This document shows, piece by piece, positions 1 to 8,686 of a stretch of DNA of 64,000 nt; the first letter of the stretch is position 1, and each line of letters begins with the position of its first letter. The translations under genes and the position numbers were made by a program. The notes below the pieces were generated by a model. That model was not told the origin of the DNA and ran no database searches. It was given only the letters and a program-made list of their open reading frames with translations. Source of the stretch: Methanobacteriota archaeon (GTDB taxonomy: Archaea; Methanobacteriota; Methanobacteria; Methanobacteriales; Methanobacteriaceae); assembly GCA_963787255.1 (NCBI GenBank), contig CAWBCJ010000018.1, positions 1-64,000 of the forward strand, given 5' to 3'.

Positions 1-52
1 CATCGCCCTCTCGACTTATGCCCAATACTATTTGTTTTATTTCTTTTGCCAT
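1..52 (-). CDS. 5' end of a small hypothetical protein running off the window (MAKEIKQIVLGISREGD...)
   Basis: Read manually: ATG at 52, GGAG RBS-like element upstream, frame open to the window edge. Confidence 0.6.
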   Translation of the reverse strand, partial: MAKEIKQIVLGISREGD

Positions 53-198
53 ATTGCTCAACTCCATTAATTTTAATCTTTTATTAATTGCTAAGAATAT
101 CTCTAAAACTAAAATATTTCCAATCTATATTTATTATACATCACATTATAAGTGCACTATTATTTTTTTTCAATTTATAATATAATGACCGGCTAAAT

Positions 199-234
199 AT
201 ATGTCGAGAATAATGAAATATTTCTTTATAGCGC
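199..234 (+). repeat. 36-bp direct repeat, copy 1 (copy 2 at 1579-1614)
   Basis: ATATGTCGAGAATAATGAAATATTTCTTTATAGCGC vs ATATGTCGAGAATAACGAAATATTTCTTTATAGCGC, 35/36 identical; both preceded by GACC..GGCTAAA. Confidence 0.9.
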
Positions 235-323
235 TATTATTAGGATTTTTAAGTATACTACTTTTTAATAAGAATTATTATATACTATCATAACCATAGT
301 GGCTTAAAAGGGAAGAATTTCAA

Positions 324-743
324 ATGAAATATAATTCTAAAAGATACAAAAAGGGAAATATAGTGCAAATTTGTATCGATAATGAACTAATTGAAAAAGA
401 GATTATAGAAGCGCGTTATGATTTAGAATCTGCGGAGAATTCTATTACTGCGAGGAATTATAAATGGGCCATAATTCAAAGTTATTATTCTATGTTCCAT
501 GCTTTTAGAGGACTCCTTTTTAGCAGAGGCTATAAAGAAAAAAGCCATTCAGGTCTTAAATTTGCAATTAAAACTTTATTTGTAAATTATGGGGTTATAA
601 GTGATGATATTTTCTTAGATTTTGATTTTGCTATGAAAGCAAGAGAAATGGCAGACTATAGTTATATTTATAATGAAAAAATTGCATTGAACATGCTTGA
701 ATCAAATAAAAAGTTAATTGGTGAGATAGAAAATTTGCTTTAA
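324..743 (+). CDS. HEPN domain protein (HEPN/MNT toxin-like), no adjacent MNT
   Basis: Motifs A..DL..A, WAIIQSYYSMFHA, KSHSGL and R-EMADY typical of the HEPN family. Confidence 0.85.
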   Translation: MKYNSKRYKKGNIVQICIDNELIEKEIIEARYDLESAENSITARNYKWAIIQSYYSMFHAFRGLLFSRGYKEKSHSGLKFAIKTLFVNYGVISDDIFLDFDFAMKAREMADYSYIYNEKIALNMLESNKKLIGEIENLL

Positions 744-1025
744 GATGAAAAGCAATGAAAAGAATTATTACATTCTTAAAAATAGTTTTATTTAATTTTT
801 TTTTTGATTATTCATGGTGTTTTGGACGTGATTTTATTTTCTTAATAAGTTTAAAGATAGCATTTTAAGTCGTATCATAATTGCGTTAAAAGAAATAAAA
901 ATTTAAAAAGTGTTATTCGGGATATAAATCTCTTAAAGCATCTCCTAAATAGATATGACCATAATCCACTTCTTTAAGTGTAGACCATAAAGACCACCAT
1001 CATTTCTTATTTTTTGTTATTCTCA

Positions 1026-1484
1026 TTACATGCGAAGGAAAAGTGAATTACATCCTCTGAAACTCCTGCCAATTTTCTTGTAAAAATCTATGGCATATTC
1101 ATCCGCGATATCGGCTTGTACGAATATTTCTTTATCCCCATTACTACAGGAAATCTTTTTTAATTCTTCGATTAATCTGGTTCCTATCCCCTTTCTCTGG
1201 AAATCATGATGAACGGCCAGATCATACACATATACTTCATTGGCTTCAAAATATGTCGATGCTAATTGATGGGCAGTTAATCCTGCTATAATCTCTTCTT
1301 CATATTTGGCAACTACAAAAATGGTATTCTCGTTTTTTAATAGCTTCTCTAGATAACCATGAGATGGATAGGGGAATGGTTCCATTTCAAAGACATTTTC
1401 ATAGAGTTTTATTAATTTAACAAGTTCTTCCAGGTTAGTGACACTTAACTGTAAATATTCAATTTTATTGTTAATATCCACCAA
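1026..1484 (-). CDS. GNAT acetyltransferase, AAC(3)-I-like; probable extra base near the C-terminus
   Basis: YVYDLAV..FQRKGIGTRLI acetyl-CoA motif, IFVQAD..D..AIDFY. Removing one base at ~1068 restores the family-like ending GVSEDVIHFSF. Confidence 0.85.
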   Translation of the reverse strand: MVDINNKIEYLQLSVTNLEELVKLIKLYENVFEMEPFPYPSHGYLEKLLKNENTIFVVAKYEEEIIAGLTAHQLASTYFEANEVYVYDLAVHHDFQRKGIGTRLIEELKKISCSNGDKEIFVQADIADEYAIDFYKKIGRSFRGCNSLFLRM

Positions 1485-1578
1485 AACTACTCCTTTAATA
1501 CGAAAATCAAATTATTGGATTTTTCCATACTATTAATTTGATTTTCATACTAAAATATAGCGACCATGTGGCTAAAGA

Positions 1579-1614
1579 ATATGTCGAGAATAACGAAATA
1601 TTTCTTTATAGCGC
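1579..1614 (+). repeat. 36-bp direct repeat, copy 2
   Basis: See 199-234. Confidence 0.9.
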
Positions 1615-1656
1615 AATATGACGAATTAATTTATAAAAATTAAAATAATATGTATT

Positions 1657-1836
1657 CTATTCTTTTAAGGTCCAGTAGCACCTCTTAGGAGAATAAATAG
1701 TTTCATCTTTTTTGAGTTCTTTCATGATTTTATCAACTTCTTTTTTATCTACACCAGAGATTTGACTGATTTTAGTGGCATTTAATGGTTCTTCAGAGTC
1801 TTTGAAAGCTTTAATTACTTTTTCTGTATCATTCAT
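1657..1836 (-). CDS. 59-aa small winged-helix protein (MarR-annotated PKRCYW family), missed by the ORF track
   Basis: MNDTEKVIKAFKDSEEPLNATKISQISGVDKKEVDKIMKELKKDETIYSPKRCYWTLKE; GGTGA RBS upstream. Confidence 0.85.
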   Translation of the reverse strand: MNDTEKVIKAFKDSEEPLNATKISQISGVDKKEVDKIMKELKKDETIYSPKRCYWTLKE

Positions 1837-2211
1837 GATATCACCATACTTGAATTACATTTAAATCCATATAATTTGTTATGGTAACAGTTCAAAACTA
1901 GTATCACTAAGAATCGCAAAAAAAAATAGTAGTCCATTAAATCTTCATAGTTGCGTATGGCGATAAAATTCCTAAATAGAAAAGAGTGATGATAATTACG
2001 ATATATTTGCAACTCAAAAGTGCAGGAGTTAAAGCAGTATTCTTTGTCATATTATTTATTCATAAGGGCTCATGCACCTAAACTCCTTATTTTGTTTTTG
2101 CAGAATTTTTGAAAATTTTATATAACTAATAATAATAGATTAGGATATAGATTATTTAATAGAATATCTAATGATGTTAAATTACTTTCAGAAGCTCAAG
2201 GGGATTAATAA

Positions 2212-2331
2212 ATGTTAGTGTTGTGGACTTTTTTCCATGGAGGTCCAGGAGGGATTTATGCATTAATAATCTTTATAGTTGTCCTAATTATATTAGTCAT
2301 AGCTCAAATAAAAGGACGGTTATTTGAATAA
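2212..2331 (+). CDS. 39-aa single-pass membrane microprotein
   Basis: MLVLWTFFHGGPGGIYALIIFIVVLIILVIAQIKGRLFE; AGGGG purine run upstream. Confidence 0.55.
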   Translation: MLVLWTFFHGGPGGIYALIIFIVVLIILVIAQIKGRLFE

Positions 2332-2690
2332 GACCTTAAAACTAAAATATTATAATGGCTTGGATTTGCATGAGTTAAAAATATTTTTTCCATTTATCTC
2401 TTCTATAAATTGCCCATACACTCTTTAAATTTCATTTTATTGAAAAACTTCATTATATCGTTCTATAACGATTTAATGAACTACTATTTTTAACTTGTTA
2501 AGAAAATTAAAATCAGGGAATGTTGGAACCTGTACTATTATTTAGCATAGTATGAACAAGCTAAAATTAAGCTTTTTAGCCAATTAATTAATTTTTTTTC
2601 TTTTTTTCTTTTTTAAATACATCATTTTATATAGTATCAAAAATAAAAAGTCATTTAAGCCTTTTTTGGCTATATTTAGGACGTGATTAA

Positions 2691-2915
2691 ATGTTTGGAA
2701 ATAATAATAGAAATAATAATAGAGAAAGTTCATCTCCTTTAAACGAAGGACAAGAATATGATGTTAAAATTGAAGATATGGGAAGAGATGGAGACGGAAT
2801 TGCTAAAATTGAAGGTTTCGTAGTTTTTGTATCTGGAGCAAAAGTGGGCGATGAAGTTAAAATCAGAATTACTTCAACAAGAAGAAACTTCGCTTTTGCA
2901 GACATCGTAGAATAG
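2691..2915 (+). CDS. single TRAM-domain RNA-binding protein (archaeal cold-shock-like RNA chaperone)
   Basis: [40 protein letters not shown]...FAFA signature. Confidence 0.95.
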   Translation: MFGNNNRNNNRESSSPLNEGQEYDVKIEDMGRDGDGIAKIEGFVVFVSGAKVGDEVKIRITSTRRNFAFADIVE

Positions 2916-3373
2916 TTTAAGTTAATTTTTAATGCTCATTATCTATGTTAATGCTTTAAATTATTATTGACGATTATATTAAAGGTTTTTATTATAATTA
3001 AGATATTTTTAATCATTAAAACTAGTCATGAGCTTTTTAAAATTTAATTTTCATTTAAATTTATCTATTTTTTTTATTTTTTTTAAATTCAGTAATTAAA
3101 TTTAATTAATTTTTATTGATTATATGAATTTTAGTTAAAAGTAATTCAAAAATTTTATGATCATCTGGTTGAGTTTGGAATGTGTTCTACTTTTTATTTT
3201 ACTATTCCAGTTAGAAATGAAGATGGTAGCTAAATTTTACTCTTAATTTACCTTATTTTTTCAATTAAACCGTTCTTTTTGAATATTATCTTTAATAATA
3301 ATATAAATATTGAACAATTTTATTTTCTGGGCATGAAAAGAATATCAATATTAATATGCCAATATAAATTTCA

Positions 3374-4123
3374 ATGGTTAACCATAAAGTTTTCTCAGCA
3401 AAAGATAATAAAAGTTTCATAAAAACTACATCCTTCTATGAATTGTATTCTATATTGAAAACATTAAAAACATCTAAAGGACGTTTTGTACTTGTTTTAG
3501 GTGCGCCGGGCACTGGTAAATCTGCTAACATATATCAGACACTTTCTCTACTTGATCTGGACGTTTATGATGCTTTTTTATTTATAGATACTGATTCAAA
3601 ACCTCAAGACGTATACAAAATTTTATGGGATACTCTTAAGGAGGATATGGGGGTTAAATCCAGAAAAGAAATTTATAAAAAGGCTGGAGAATATGATTTG
3701 ATTCTCTTTGCTGATCCTTTCCTTGATTCAGAATACATTGACCGTGATAAAGTGGGTTTAGGGCTTTGGACTGAAGAAAATGGTCCAAGTACGTTTCCAT
3801 TCTATTTTAAAGTGTTATTTGAATATATTAAACATTATATGGATTTGAAAAATGTTAATGTCGTTGCTCAGACATCGTGGGTATTGAAGTTTCGGGGAGT
3901 TCGGTATGATATTCTTACCGATTTCAATTTTATATCAAAAATTTTGGTTTTTTTATTGAAAAAATTATTTGAAGTGGTTTTGATATCATATACTAAAGAA
4001 GAAATGATTAAAATTGTTAGAAGTCATCCTGGTGCTGGTAATGATGAAAAAATTAAAAAATGTATAAAAAAATACGGTAACAGGCCACGTTTTATCTTTG
4101 AAGCTTTGGATAAAGAAGAATGA
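3374..4123 (+). CDS. uncharacterised P-loop NTPase-like protein (paralog of 31889-32686)
   Basis: Walker A GAPGTGKS; hhhhD LILFAD; C-terminal KYGxxPRFI shared with the paralog. Confidence 0.75.
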   Translation: MVNHKVFSAKDNKSFIKTTSFYELYSILKTLKTSKGRFVLVLGAPGTGKSANIYQTLSLLDLDVYDAFLFIDTDSKPQDVYKILWDTLKEDMGVKSRKEIYKKAGEYDLILFADPFLDSEYIDRDKVGLGLWTEENGPSTFPFYFKVLFEYIKHYMDLKNVNVVAQTSWVLKFRGVRYDILTDFNFISKILVFLLKKLFEVVLISYTKEEMIKIVRSHPGAGNDEKIKKCIKKYGNRPRFIFEALDKEE

Positions 4124-4504
4124 TTAAAAAATTTTCCTAAAGGGTTAAAAATAGTTACATTTTAAGTTATATTTCTAAAGTTTCATCAAATCTTTTGCTG
4201 AACAAACTGTTTTTCTTGGAGGTATGGATAAAAAAAATCTAATGGATTTTTAATTTTTAGATGATCGTGCCATTTTATGAAGTCTTTTCTAGGAAACAAG
4301 TAAGTTATTAGTTCTTTGGAATATTTGTGGCCGGAATGCTAGTATATTTTCATTCATTTTAATAGTTATTAATTATTTTGTTATTGATCATAAGATATAT
4401 TTGATATGATGTTTAAATACTGTATTGAAATAAGTTGAAATGACAACTTAAAAAAAAAATGAGTATTGTATGAATTAATTTATAAAAAAAAGAGGTTGAT
4501 CAAT

Positions 4505-4681
4505 ATGTGGAGTAAACACATGGGTGGAATGAGTATGATGAATGAAAAAATGATGGAAATGATGAGTAAAGAAGATATGATGATGATGTATGCTATGAAA
4601 ATGGATGAAAAAATAGCTATGTTAGAGCTTAAACTAGATTATATGAAAAAAATGCGTGATATGTTAAAATCTAAAATGTAA
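4505..4681 (+). CDS. 58-aa methionine-rich small protein
   Basis: GAGGT RBS before ATG 4505; 20 of 58 residues are Met. Confidence 0.75.
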   Translation: MWSKHMGGMSMMNEKMMEMMSKEDMMMMYAMKMDEKIAMLELKLDYMKKMRDMLKSKM

Positions 4682-5123
4682 GATTCAATAAAGATGATAG
4701 ACTCCTAATTGAGTTTATTAATGCCCAATTTTTTTTAAAGTTAGATTAGATAAAAGAAAATACAGAACCGAAAACAATTAAATTTATTGGCAGAAGAAAC
4801 TTAGCCATACCCCTTTTTTTGCTTTAATAGCCATTGAAATAGCATTCATTTCTCCAAACATCAGTAATTATATCTTATTTACTACTATTTGCAATTATTA
4901 CTAATTAAGATATATGGTAAAAATGTACATGGAGGCACGGGATTAGTAGAATTAAACCTTTTAAATGATGTGTTTCTCATTATGACATGGGAGCCATGAT
5001 TTCGCGCCGTTTAGCTATTTATATGAAATGTATTAACCATAAAAGAAACTATAAAAAATCCAAATAAGCATTTATCCTGAATTATAAAAACAATAATTAA
5101 AAAGGAGGATATAAAAGTCTACA

Positions 5124-5501
5124 TTATTCTTTTACAATAACTCCAATGGCCCCTCCTAATAATCCTAAAACAAGGCTTATGATTGTTGATAATTGAATGA
5201 TGATATATCCGGTGATTAAGGTATTGCCGGCTATTGTTCCTATTATGGCACTTATATCTCCAAAGCCCAGAATGGATAATAAACCTATTATTAAACCGCC
5301 AATTAATCCCGAAATGGCCCCTACAACCATCCCATCTTTTTCATCCATTTTTTCATAATCTTCATATCCTTTGCTAAGGTAAGATGCTAAGAACCCTCCA
5401 CTAAGCGGGCCTAAAAATAAGAGAGGGAAGAAAATTAATGATAAGACAATAGTTAAAGCAGTATTAATTAGAGCACTTAGTCCTATAATTTTCCAGTCCA
5501 T
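5124..5501 (-). CDS. DUF5518-like Gly-rich membrane protein
   Basis: MDWKIIG start, GPL.GGFLA, GAISGLIGG, GLLGGAIG. Confidence 0.75.
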   Translation of the reverse strand: MDWKIIGLSALINTALTIVLSLIFFPLLFLGPLSGGFLASYLSKGYEDYEKMDEKDGMVVGAISGLIGGLIIGLLSILGFGDISAIIGTIAGNTLITGYIIIQLSTIISLVLGLLGGAIGVIVKE

Positions 5502-6043
5502 TTAATCAACTCAAATAAAAGTTTATAAGTATCTTTAAATTTTTTTTATTCCTTTTAAATTGCTTTATTTTTAAATTAAGGTTTGTGTGAGTCTTTATAT
5601 ATTATAGTTTCAAAAAATGTTACTATTATAGTTTTTGTATACTTAAAACTGCTTTAAAAAATTAAGAATTTAAAACTAGGTTTTATTAAACAGTATTTTA
5701 ACATATAAAACTTCTATGATTTGCTTATTATATGAAATTAATGTTTATATTGAGTTGAAAATTTCTCCTTTTTTGGTTAAAATTGCTGTTTAATGCTTAT
5801 TTTTATAATTTTGATTTTATTAGCAAGTTAAAAAAAAATAGGAGCATTTTAAGTTGATAGTCGGGTTTTAAGAAGTTTCACCTTTCAAATCTTGCAAGTG
5901 AAAATCGTAGTTTAGCCTCTTTTTTATGGCTTACCAGAAGTTCTTTTTCTTAAATAATTATTTTTACAAAGAAATATGCACAAAAAAAATTTAATTAAAT
6001 AGTATACATATTTTTATATTAATTTATATTGGAAGTATGGAAA

Positions 6044-6629
6044 ATGGAAATTGGAAGAAAACTTTACTCTAGTTCAGGAATCTTACTGGATATTTTACAA
6101 TGGAATAAGAACGATGAGATATATGTATAAGTCTAAAAGGAACAAGGAACTAAGCCCAAAATTCATTGAAAGGATCATGCTGGCGGTGACAGAGGTGAAT
6201 CACTGTGGATTATGTTCTCATGCCCATACCAGGAAGGCTCTTGAAAGTGGAATGAGTTGTGAAGAAATCCGGAAAATTCTGGCAGGGAGTATAGATGATG
6301 TTCCTGATGATGAAGTTGCAGCAGTCACATTTGCAAAATATTATGCAGACACTAGAGGACACCCTACTATGAAATCATGGCAACATATTGTAGAAATCTA
6401 TGGAATCTCCAAAGCAAGAGGCATACTTGGTTCGATTCGTACTATTATGATTGGAAATACTTATGGTATCCCTTGGAGCTCTTTTTTTAACCGATTTAGA
6501 GGTAAACCTGATCCAAGAAGCAGTTTGAGATATGAGATAGGTATGATTTTAGGAACTTTTTTAGTACCGATTTCCCTATTTCATGCATTAATCTCTGTTT
6601 TGCTAAGAAAACCAATTATTAGCTTTTAA
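6044..6629 (+). CDS. carboxymuconolactone decarboxylase / AhpD-like protein (possible extra base at ~6070)
   Basis: ERIMLAVTEVNHCGLCSHAH CxxC-H motif. ATG 6044 gives MEIGRKLYS, which joins VQESYW if one base is removed. Confidence 0.85.
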
Positions 6630-6744
6630 ATTTAAAACAAAGTTCTTATGGGCCTTTATTATTATGAATTTATCATAGTTATATCTATATAAGGCTTTTT
6701 ATTTCGGTAATCATAAAAAGACCTGTAATCAAAATTAAAAAAAA

Positions 6745-6837
6745 ATAATCATTGAACGGCATGGTGGAAGTGTTTGGGTTGAATCAGAACTTGGAAAGAG
6801 GTTTGACATTCTACTTTATCATTCTGATTGCTAGATG
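6745..6837 (+). pseudogene. remnant of a histidine kinase HATPase C-terminus
   Basis: Translates IIIERHGGSVWVESELGK/GLTFYFII with a frameshift; resembles the end of 8687-11095. Confidence 0.75.
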
Positions 6838-6923
6838 ATAAAACCAGATATCTAAAAGCTGTGAATGCCTCCCATTTTTTTTAGTAATTTATATTAACTC
6901 TAAGTAATAAAATTAATTAAGGT

Positions 6924-6975
6924 ATGATGAAAGAAAGCAGTATTAATTGTGGAAGATGAATCTATTACTGCAATG
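6924..6975 (+). pseudogene. remnant of a response regulator N-terminus
   Basis: AVLIVEDESITAM receiver motif out of frame with the upstream ATG, then degenerate. Confidence 0.6.
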
Positions 6976-7431
6976 ATTCTTGATAAGATAGAGTTTATAG
7001 CTACTTTAAAGGATGTTAGTTTTATTGAATTGGAGATAAGCTTGTCTTGAGGGAGCAGATTATATTAGGAGGTTTAAAATGAATATTATGGAAGAATTAG
7101 AAATATATCATTTGGATATACAAACAGAATTAAAAATATTTTATGGTTTTATGTACTATGAACATTGGATTAATAATTCATAAAATTAGTATAATGGTGA
7201 ATATAGGGGCGATAAAAGCTATAAAATCCCGAATACAGGATGCTAAAGGGTAGTAAATATGCTATTTTTTTTTATTTAACCTTTTTTGCCCAGTGTTTTG
7301 CTAAATTGAGCTTCATTGAGTCTTTATTATTATAATTTCAAAAATGATATCATTTTTGTGTATTTGAAACTATTTTTATGAAAATTAAGAAGTTAGAATA
7401 TGTTTATTTTTCATAAAAAAAATGAAGAGGT

Positions 7432-8004
7432 TTAATTATCTCCTTTATAAACAAACATTCCGGGTTTAGAGTATGCTGCAGCGAATCTGCTGTCAAAGCC
7501 ATATTTTTCGTAGGGTAAATCCATCCATATGCCTTCACTTTTTATCTGTACACTTCTATGTTTGGTAGAAAGTGAAGTTTCATATTGAATAATTCTGCAT
7601 TCAAGATCTGTTTTTTTAATATTTTTATACAACCAGTCTGACATTGCCCAGCAGTCTCCACCTTCTGCAGGAAGCCGTGAAGCACTACTATTTAATCCAC
7701 GTACATAATTGAATTTTGATCCTTCTTCTAGAATTCCTGAAATCTTTTTTACTTCTTCACTTTCTTCAAAAGGATTTTTTATAATGATTGGATGAATTTG
7801 AAAGTCAGGTATCCAGTTAAAATTTAAAAAGTTATCTAATTTGATAACTTTTAATTCAGTTTCTCCAAATTCAACTGCGTATAAAGGATTCATCATATTA
7901 AAAACTATAATTAATGTTAATGCAGCAGTTACTATTGAAGGAGATAACTTTTTTTTCTTAATCATGTTTAATGATTCAATTTTCAACAATTTCACCTGAT
8001 TCAA
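7432..8004 (-). CDS. membrane-anchored transglutaminase-like / cysteine peptidase-fold protein
   Basis: N-terminal hydrophobic helix; putative Cys-His-Asp triad GDCWAMS, KHRSVQ, WMDLPY. Confidence 0.65.
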   Translation of the reverse strand: MNQVKLLKIESLNMIKKKKLSPSIVTAALTLIIVFNMMNPLYAVEFGETELKVIKLDNFLNFNWIPDFQIHPIIIKNPFEESEEVKKISGILEEGSKFNYVRGLNSSASRLPAEGGDCWAMSDWLYKNIKKTDLECRIIQYETSLSTKHRSVQIKSEGIWMDLPYEKYGFDSRFAAAYSKPGMFVYKGDN

Positions 8005-8268
8005 TTATTTTAAAATTAATGGACATAGAAGAATATTTCTTTTTATATCATTAAGGGTATGTCTATTATTAATATTGATCATATTTAAACATATTTAAGC
8101 CTAAAAATAATAGCAGTTATAACAAAAAGTATTGGAATTAATAAAGATAAAATTAGTTATATTGAACTAAAATGATTCAGCTCCCATGAAAGAATAAATT
8201 GGTTACATCAACTTCTATTAATTTAAGAAAAACTTCTATTATATTAATGAATTAAATTTTAAAGTATA

Positions 8269-8454
8269 ATTTTTGAAATTTTCAAGCGTTTACATACCAT
8301 TGACGAATATCAATAGGCAGGACTAGCATTAGCCATTGTAAAAAAAATAAACGAACGCCACGGTGGAATAATTTGGGTCAAATCAGAATATAGGTTTGAT
8401 TCTACCTTTTATTTTACTATTCCTATTGATGGAAACAGTATGAACAGAAATTAA
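8269..8454 (+). pseudogene. second histidine kinase C-terminal remnant
   Basis: [51 protein letters not shown] with internal stop and no upstream body. Confidence 0.85.
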
Positions 8455-8686
8455 TGATTAGAATAGTTAAAAGCATTGGTTAAACCAGCCAATATGGACC
8501 GTTTTATTAAAAAAATAGAAAAATATGGATGATTATTTGGCTTAATATGCTCCGATTAACTTAGAAAGTATCTCCTTAGACTTATAGTTGTATTTAGTTA
8601 TTTAATTTACTGTGATTATAATCACAAAGAATAATTAAAATTAAATATTTTAGTGATAATAATCTTTTATAAAACGGATGAGTTAA

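Noticed and set aside
915-1003. Minus-strand coding-like stretch WWSLWSTLKEVDYGHIYLGDALRDLYPE*
   Set aside because: No start codon or recognisable family; may be a remnant but cannot be supported.
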